NCBI GenBank assembly: GCA_023213395.1
Contig: CM041465.1
Span: forward strand, 228,043,741 to 228,107,740
Source of the DNA: Cycas panzhihuaensis
Taxonomy: Eukaryota > Plantae > Cycadophyta
Reading direction: 5' to 3'
Length of the DNA: 64,000 nucleotides
Part shown: positions 53,617-64,000 of the stretch, piece after piece
Layout: every line of letters begins with the position of its first letter
Numbering within the stretch: the stretch's first letter is position 1
Notes under the pieces: model-generated
What the model saw: only the letters and a program-made list of their open reading frames with translations
What the model was told of the DNA's origin: nothing
The model's database searches: none
Translations under genes and position numbers: made by a program

Positions 53617-54440
53617 TGTTGGGGATAAATTTGGCATATAAACTGTGAGAAAACTGGTATGCAAGCTTGTATTAACTAAAAGAATGCTGGTACAGATCCT
53701 ATAGAGGTACATATAATAGAAATAATTAAAATGCATAATGACTGGATACACAAAATAGGATACATACCTTTGCAAGTACACTAGTAGATAGAAAGGAACC
53801 AAAGGGCACCCAGATCTGATGATGCCAGCCAAAATAAGAGTACGTACAGATATACGAACAAAAAGAAATCCATTAAAGATGACTAATCATATGATTAAGT
53901 GAAAGGGTATGTTGATAACAAAAAGATACAGCTATGACTTGGGGTCATAACCATTCACTCAAAGGATGCTAAAAGGAGGCATTTAAGGGTACCTTTCTTA
54001 CCAATTCAATAGTGAGAGCCAAGTATTTATTCCATGAGTTAAATTCAAGAGCCAAAGTACTAAGAAGGATAGTACTATTGGGTGAACTAGTAGATACATT
54101 TCCTTATGCATTCCCTTTTGGAATACGTATGCTAGTAAAGTGTATATACGACTGGAATGCATGCATAATATATTGTATTGATCTTATTACTTAACAAAGA
54201 GAAAGTTACGTGGAAATATTATGTATTATATGTATTGTAGTAATTGCATTAAGTGTATATAATGATTAGTATACTACTTTGATGGAATAATAATGAATAT
54301 GTGATGATTTATTCCTTCCATATTGTGTAAAGTTATTATAATGGAAGCATGAATATGTTGACTATATCCTAATCTAAACTACCAACCAATGATCCCTTGA
54401 CAAGTAAACTTATATCAGTCGGGAGATTGTAAAGTCAACA
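53617..54440 (+). repeat. 3' LTR (824 bp)
   Basis: Preceded by an eroded PPT (GAGATAGA); ends GTCAACA then TSD CATGG. Confidence 0.93.
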
Positions 54441-54445
54441 CATGG

Positions 54446-55254
54446 CTAGAAAAATGACTACCATGCAAGTTCATAAAGAATTTTATATTTTAGCTGTATT
54501 ACATTAAAAACTACTATCCTATTTTCCTTCTAAATGATATGATCTCTTAACTTAAAACTTTTATAAATTTTTTTACTTTTCTCTAAGGAATCTTTTATTT
54601 CTTGACATGAAATATTTTTATTTTATGTTTCCTTTATTTCATCCTTAAAGATCTTACATTGATATGTAATTGGAAAAGTTCTAAAAGATTGGGGAGAGTT
54701 GGCATTACACTTCTTATCAATTTATTTTCTAATAGTTTGAAATTGGCTTAGTATTAACAGAGTTGCTTTTCTTAGGAAAAGAAAAATTCTAGTATTAATT
54801 TTTTATAGAAATTAGTAAACCTAAGCAAATTGACTACTTCATGAACATTCACATGTGTTTTCCCCTTTTTTACTATTTTAATTTTCTTTGGATTAATTAC
54901 AATTTCTTTAATAAATACAATTTGGTCAAGATAATTTATTTCTTCTTTTATGAATCGTATTTAGGTAATTTATGATATGATTTCCCTTTTCCCAAAATAG
55001 CTAATATTATTGATAAGTGATCTAGATATTCAACTTTGTTCTAAATATCATAATATCATCTAAGAACACAACTACATATTTATTTAAACAAGATGTAAAA
55101 ATATTATTCATTAATCTTATACGAAAATGAATATTTGTTAAACCAAGAAGCATTATACGAAATTCATAATAGCTATCATGAGTAGTAAAATCAATTTTCT
55201 TATTCTCAATATTAAAATCACAAGTCCTTATTTAATTATATTTATTTTTAAAAT
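54446..55254 (-). pseudogene. Ancient chromovirus-like Gypsy, piece 2: RT C-part through integrase Zn-finger start
   Basis: Minus-strand [24 protein letters not shown] (cf. KTAFxTxxGHYEFxVMPFGLTNAP) at ~55130-55200. KILYE..H at ~54450-54480 continues into piece 1 across the CATGG TSD. Confidence 0.7.
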
Positions 55255-57484
<2,230 letters not shown>

Positions 57485-57564
57485 ATACAATAATATTCCC
57501 TATACTATCTATTAAATTATCAATTATTGATAGAGAATATTTATCTCTATTTGTAATTTTATTT
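57485..57564 (-). pseudogene. Ancient chromovirus-like Gypsy, piece 3: RT fragment
   Basis: Minus-strand [28 protein letters not shown] (cf. NKITxKxKYPLPxIDDLLDxLxGAxVFS). Confidence 0.75.
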
Positions 57565-57869
57565 TGAAGGATAGTGGAGACAGAGCAAAAAAACTATAAG
57601 ATCACTATATTAAAAAATTAATAAATATCCAAAAATAAGATGATGTTCAAAAACACCATTGGGTAATAGGTCTTTTATTTATAATAAGATATTAAGAGGA
57701 AGCTTGCCATTAATAGACATTTTTAGAATTCAAAAAAATTTTAAAAAATACATACCTAAATAGTTAGAGTGGCTAAAGTCAGTTGTGACAGTTCTATAGT
57801 GTTATTAAACATTATACACACTTAATTAAGGTGAAACGGACATTAACTCTAACATTCTCCCCCATAATG

Positions 57870-60815
57870 ATCATTTCATACAACTCCAAGCTTATCTTTA
57901 AATTTATGGAATTTAATTTTCCCAAGCACTTTTGTAAAAATATCTACTGTTTGATTTATATGCTATAATAAACTAATTCTATTTCTCCTACTTCAATAAG
58001 TTCCTGTATGAAGTGATGTTATGTCTCAATGTGTTTAATCTTTTCATGGAAAACTAGATTATGTGTCATTTGAATAGTATTTCTCCATTCATCTTGAGTA
58101 TTTGCCTTTTCAAAAGTGTGAGGCTTATTGGCTTCTATCACTTGACTCATGAGGGCAAAGTTAACTTGACCTGAATAAGTAGATATTCTTTCAAAGTTAT
58201 TATCCATATATTGTGTAAATCATGATCTCTTTGAACCCATTTAGGAAACCTTTAAGATTAAGTGGAAATTCCCTCATCACTTCACCTAGGGTCTGGTCTA
58301 GGTAGCATATATGTAGGCCTTGGAGATGAATCAAAGTTAATCACAATATTTTTGCCTTTATCATAAATACAATCTGGTTAATAGCGATCATCTTCCTTGA
58401 ACATAACATCTCTATTAATAATAACTTTCTTTTCCTTTGGATCATATACCTTATAGGATTTTAACACTTCACTATATCCAATAAATATGCACTTTGTGCT
58501 CTTATCATAAAGTTTAATCCTTTTCTATTCTAGAACATGGGTGAAGGTAAGGCACCCAAATATTCTCAAGTGATAAATGCTAAGTTTATGAGTTGTCCAT
58601 GCTTCTTCTGGTGTCATCCACCTAAGGGCTTTAATGGTATACCCATTTAAGAGATATATTATCACATGGATAGCTTTTACCTAAAATTCATGTCCCAATT
58701 TCTTATCTTTAAGCATGCACCTAGCCATTTCAATTATGGTACGGTTCTTGCATTCAACAACCCCATTTTGTTGTGGTGTGTAGGGGTTTGTATACCATTG
58801 TTTAATGCCATGATAGGTATAATAGGCATTGAACTTATTAGAAGTAAGCTCTCCCCTATTATTTGATCTTAAGAAAATTATTTTATGGCTACTTTGCTTC
58901 TCTACAAATGTTTTGAAGTCCACAAAACATTGAAATACATCTGACTTGAATTTTAGGAAACAAACCCATATCTTCCCTGTATAATCATCAATTAAATTGA
59001 GGAAATAGTTTGTTCCTTCTAGAGACGAGATGTCCATTAGACCACAAAGATCTATGTAAATTAATTAAAGTGGTCCTTTGACTGTATAACTTCTATCAGG
59101 AAAGTTGTCTCTATGTTGTTTACCTAAAAGGCATCTCTCATATATGTCCTTGTCAACTTTAATTTAGGGTAGACCTTCAACTATATTCATCGTTTTCATG
59201 AGGGCTAAGCTTCCATAGTTTAAGTGGCTAAACCTTTTGTGCCATATATCGCTATCAATCTTGGTTGATGTCTTCAATGCATAATTATCTGAAGGGGTTA
59301 TGACTAACTTAAAGAGTCTATTACTAGTTATCTTTCCTTTGGCAACAACAACTTTGTTTTTCCTTTCATCCTTGATAGTATATTCACCATTATCAAACAC
59401 AACCTTATAGTCATATTCCATCATCTATCCTACAGATAGGAGATTTTTCTTGAGAGTTGGAATATGGAGAATATCATCAAGATATCTATTTTCTCCTAAG
59501 TCTGTTGTGATGATGACTTTACCTCTTCCATTAGATTCATAAGATGTATCATCTCTAAATATGATTTTTTTTTTTGGGTCTTATCACTAGTTTGAAATAT
59601 CTCTTTCTTGTATGTCATATATGTGGAGCATCCAGAGTCTATGTACTAACAATCTTCTTCTTTATGGGCAACAAGGCTTTAAAAAATAGGCAATTATTTT
59701 CTCTATTTTTAATGCTTGTATTAATATTTCCTCTTATTGTAGGGTCATTTTTAGCAAAGCATCTATCTTCTGTGTGGCTAACCTTATGATAATATGAGCA
59801 ATAGATAGGATCGCTTCCTCTTTGACTTAGGCTCCTACTTCTAGTGGTTCCTCTATCTATAGAGGGTGTCCTTCCCCTTTACAAATATGGGCCTTGAGTA
59901 TTGCCTTATCTATGACTTGGATAATTTAGATTGGGCCTTTGAAAACTACTTTGGTCTTGGCAATTATGACAACATTGACTAACTTCTTGATATCTTTCTT
60001 GGCTTTGATGTCTATTTTGACTTAGTTATCTTTGATTAGATCCTTGATACCTTTGATGAGGAGCTTAGTATCTAGGATGTTGCTCTTGGTGTGTATCTTA
60101 TTTTAGATTCCTATCCCCCCCCCCTTGGGGATTGGTTCCTTGTCCTTGAGCTTTCAACTTAGGCATTAGATTTGATTCTAGACTTTATTGTAAAGGTATG
60201 TTTTAAGGATTCATTGGTGCCCTTTTTTCCTTCAATAACCATCAACATATCACTCAATTGTTCCATCTTCAAGGTGCTTAGGTCCTTAAATACCTCTATA
60301 CTTATGGCTACCATCTCAAACATTTTAATTTCACTAACACATCTAAGTATTTATTCCATAACCCTTTATTTAATGAGTGTTTCTTTAAGAGATCTTGTTT
60401 AGTTTACAAGATCATGAACTTTAGTTATAAATTCATTGATGGTCTCCTTAGGTGACATCCTTAAGTTCTCAAATTTACTCCTTAAGGTTTGGAATTTTGA
60501 TGAGGTTACTCCTTCATAGATAAGCTATAATGTGTCCCATGCTTCTTTGGATTTTGATACCTCACTAACTCTTAGGAAAATATGATCTTCTAAGGCATAA
60601 AAGATTAATGCTAATTCTTCATTATCCTCCTTTACACATTCTTTGTAGGCTTGCTACTCTGCTATAGTGGTATTCTAACTAATTTTTGTATGTCCTATCT
60701 TCACAATATCCCACATGTCTTTAACTATGGGAATGGGTCTCATCCTCCTACTCTAATTCAAGAAATTTGATCCATCAAGCTTAGAGATGATTATATTACT
60801 AAAATGTATAACCAT
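57870..60815 (-). pseudogene. Copia gag-PR-INT pseudogene fused to the RNase H tail (RT missing)
   Basis: ISKLDGSNFL gag start, WHKRFSHLN, IDDYTGKIWV..LRSNNRGE..TPQQNGVVE (ORF 58681). ORF 58019 joins KPHTFEKA..EWRN directly to TIQMTHNLVFHEKIKHIE. Confidence 0.9.
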
Positions 60816-61429
60816 TATATTTCAAATTTAAGTTTATTAAAATGTCTGCCTTAAGGATAGTTTTAAAAATAATGTATCATATTACCTAAAAAGGTTATTA
60901 AGCTATAAGTTTTTGGGTCTCCAAGGAAAGCTTTAAGTTATTGTCCTAATTAATGACACATGTATATGAGTAGCAAATCAGGGACCCAATATATTAGTAC
61001 GTGAATGCTAAGCTCTATATACCTTAGTACATGGGCTACTAAGAAGGTACAAGACCCCCCTGATCTATTGATCCACTTATGCCAGACTTATGCCTAATGA
61101 TAAATCTAGTAATGAAAGCTTTTCAAACAAAGGCACTCACCCCTTAAGTCTAGCCTAATCTCTACACTCCAAAAAGATAAGATACTTCAGCTCAGCCTTC
61201 CACTGAATACACCTAATAGTTAATGGCTTCCTTAATAACTTAAAGTCCACCAAAGATGTGTGTAGGGTGGTAACTTTAGGGGTCTTAACCGTTCCCCTTG
61301 TAAGGCTAGAAAAAGGGTTGTTCGTTCGAGAATTTATCTTTTTTAATGTGAGAATTGATTTTAGATATGATCTTGTTAATAAATAAAGATTCCTTTTAAT
61401 AGTAATTAAAAATAACTTAAAAAATATAA

Positions 61430-61710
61430 TAAGAAATAAAATGAAATAAGCTTTTAAATCAAATAAATATGAGATGAAATGAGCTTTCAAATGAAATAAA
61501 TGAGCTTTCAAATGACATGAAATAAATATAAAATAAAATGAGCCTTAAAATAAGGTTTGAAATGTAATAAAATAAGTTTTAAATGAGCTTTAAAAATGAA
61601 ATAAAATGACCTTTAAATGAACTAAAAAGAGCTTTAAATAAGCCTTAAAAAGAAATATAATGTACTGTAAATGAAACAAAATTAAATAGAAGGCTTAAAA
61701 TGAAGTAAAT
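61430..61710. repeat. Degenerate ~20-bp AT-rich minisatellite in the Copia 5' leader
   Basis: Recurrent aaatgagctttcaaatgaaata-like units. Confidence 0.65.
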
Positions 61711-63556
61711 TAAGGGTTAGAAAGCTCTTTATTTACAAGATGTTATCCAAATATTTGCCTTCTTCTTTAAGGATAAACCTACATAATATTCAACCAAGAA
61801 TCACATATAAGCTTTAAATTTTGAAGTGAAATCTGATAGAACAAGTTAGTATATCAATATAACATGAATATCCTTCAATAAAGTTAATAAATTGCTTAAA
61901 AAAATGATAAAAGAAGCTCAAACTATGATTAAATAGGAGGGACAATTTTAGTATCCTAAAACACCTATAAAATAGCTTTAAATTAATATGAAATCAACTT
62001 TAGTTTGTAGATCACTGAGTCATCTTTCCAACAAATCCAACTGTTCGAAAAATAGACTCCTATTTAAGGAGATATTAAAGAAACAATAAAGCCTATCACT
62101 TATGGTTAAAAAAACTAAAGAATGGGGTCTTAAGCCCTTTTGAATTGGAGCCCTTGGTCACTTGGCTATTGCATACAACTTATTGTTGATCTGTGAAGGG
62201 GTTGGTAGACTTTAAATGTTATTAGATAGAGTTAGATCCTTCTAAATCCAAAATAATTAAAAATGGCTTATAAAGTTTGGAATTTGCCCCTTAAAAAAGA
62301 TGAAATAAGGTAATATGGGCTCAAAAGAGACTAAGGGATAAGATTAAAGGGGGATCAAATTTAATTTTTATGAAATAAAATTAAATTTAATAAACTTTAT
62401 AATAAATAAATCAAAAAATAAAATTTGTAAACGTAAAAGAGTATTTAATGTCTACGCATCCATATGAATGAATAGGAGGTTTGTTGTGCTTATATAGAGC
62501 TCATATTGAGACAAAAATTTAAAGGTATCTTGTGATGGCCACTGTAGAGACACACCTCAAATTTTACAAAATTTCATTAAGCATAGGGCCAGAACCAAGC
62601 AATAGAAGAAATGGAGGCCATACGGCTATACGGTGATCATACGACCAAACAAAGCTTAGAAACTACTCAAAAAAAGCCTTAGTCACTCAATAGTAAGATT
62701 GTGACGCTAATGTGAGAAGAAATACTAAGAAATAGAGACTATTTATTTGAGTTTAAGTAAATGTCAATGGGGTTTCAGTAGGGCAGAGGAGTAGGCTAGC
62801 TTCTAAGAGAGATTTCTCTATGTAGAAGTGACATTTTTCAGAGCCATTTGATCTGGTGCTGAGAGGACTTGATAAGGATTCAAACAAGTAGTCAGTCGAT
62901 AAGGTTCCACTCAATGATAGAGAAGCACCAGCCTACCAATGATCAATGAGCTGAAAAATCCTTTAAAAATAAGTGAGATCTAAATAAAATATGAAAATAT
63001 TTTAACCGAAACTTATGAATAACTAATTCAAATCACTATTGGGCTATATCCACCTGAAATTACTGTAAAAATTTATAAAAATATTGAGTGTATTGGTTGT
63101 ACAATCTAAAAATATACATATATGAATAATATTTCAATGTAAAGTATATAAAACTATTAAAAAATAAAATAAATATAATCAAATAATTATAATACAAGCT
63201 TGTCGTGATGTCTATGTGCTTTGAAACCAATCATGGCTAAAACCAATTGCTCTGATACTAATAAAGGGTAACAAGGATAGAGTAGAAAGACTATAAGACC
63301 GCCATATTAAAAAATTTATGAATATCTAAAAATAAGGCAATGTTCAAAAACACTATTGGGTCATAGACCTCTTATTTATAATTGGGATGTTGGGAGGGAG
63401 CCTACTGTCAATCGATATTTTTAGAATTCAAAAAATAATAACAAATATGTACCTAAACGATTGGAGTGACTGAAGTCAACTATGACAGTCTTGTGGCATC
63501 ATTAAACATTGTGCATACTTAATTAGGAAGAAATTAATATTAACTCTAACATATTT

Positions 63557-64000
63557 GACCTATAATTTATATATATATTCTTACAGAGCTATTACTTTTG
63601 TTAATTAAAAAGATTAGTGAATCAAAAGGAAACTTTGAACCTTAAATAAATGCATTCTCTAGAAGTTCTATTATTTATCTTTCCACTATCTTTTCTTCAT
63701 CATGACTTAATTAACATGGGACGTGGTAGGTGGATCTTAATCATTTGTCCAAGAGAACTTGATGGTTTACTCCTTTGTGGATAGGTAAACTACTTAATAA
63801 GTCATTAGGAAAAACATCAGAATATTCACTAGCTAAAGAGTTAACTTCTTGTACATTAGACTTCCATTATTCATCTAGAGTTTTAAATGGAATACCATGG
63901 AATTTCTAGCCACTCTCATAAACTATTAAGACCAAAGGAATACTCTTTAAGTCTTTATTATCTTGTAGCTATAACCATATCTCATAGTGGATAAAATAAA
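63557..64000 (-). pseudogene. Ancient chromovirus-like Gypsy, piece 4: RT N-terminus (continues beyond the window)
   Basis: Minus-strand EYSDVFPNDLLSSLPIHKGVNHQV..LSHDEEKIVER*IIELLENAFI*GSKFPFDSLIFLINKSNSSVR (cf. EFxDVFPxDLPxxLPPxR..ELLxxGFIxPSxSPFxSPVLLVxKKDGSxR). Confidence 0.8.

Larger units (their letters stand above)
43648..54440 (+). mobile_element. Full-length degenerate non-chromoviral Ty3/Gypsy (Athila/Tat superclade-like), 10.8 kb
   Basis: LTRs 43648-44492 and 53617-54440 (TGTTGG...GTCAACA). Identical TSD CATGG at 43643-43647 and 54441-54445. gag-PR-RT-RH-INT order. Confidence 0.95.
57565..63551 (-). mobile_element. Ty1/Copia LTR retrotransposon with internal RT deletion (5987 bp)
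   Basis: LTRs 57565-57854 and 63262-63551 (290 bp each). TSD TATTT at 57560-57564 and 63552-63556. PPT GGGGGAGAA (57855-57863). PBS TAGTATCAGAGC (63249-63260). Confidence 0.93.

Overview
This window is eukaryotic, land-plant-like genomic DNA (AT-rich, large-genome character; species not determinable here). It holds one intact host gene in a nest of old, heavily C>T/G>A-mutated LTR retrotransposons. The gene is a 5-exon mitochondrial-carrier (SLC25/BT1-like, BTL1-type) adenine nucleotide transporter on the + strand, CDS 37227-39938, 332 aa. Three retroelements are full length, with paired LTRs and 5-bp TSDs. (i) A 17.8-kb Tat/Ogre-type Ty3/Gypsy (4969-22750, TSD GAATG). Its 3' region carries an antisense plant-mobile-domain (PMD)-like gene head-to-head with a free-standing archaeal-type RNase H, outside gag-pol. 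(ii) A 10.8-kb non-chromoviral Gypsy (43648-54440, TSD CATGG, tRNA-Glu PBS) with two extra Gag-core-like motifs between protease and RT, a 3' extra ORF and a nested solo LTR. (iii) A 6-kb Copia (57565-63551, TSD TATTT) whose RT is cleanly deleted. Also present are a second related Copia (27868-~34480), a truncated Gypsy at the left edge, and an ancient minus-strand chromovirus-like pol that can be reassembled from four pieces (~42-64 kb). That pol is split by elements (ii), (iii) and a 2.2-kb TA/CA/TATG microsatellite. No prokaryotic features or CRISPR arrays were seen. Most short ORFs in the track are shadows of degenerate TE genes or of the microsatellite. The most interesting candidate system is the divergent PMD + stand-alone aRNase H accessory cassette in the Tat element.
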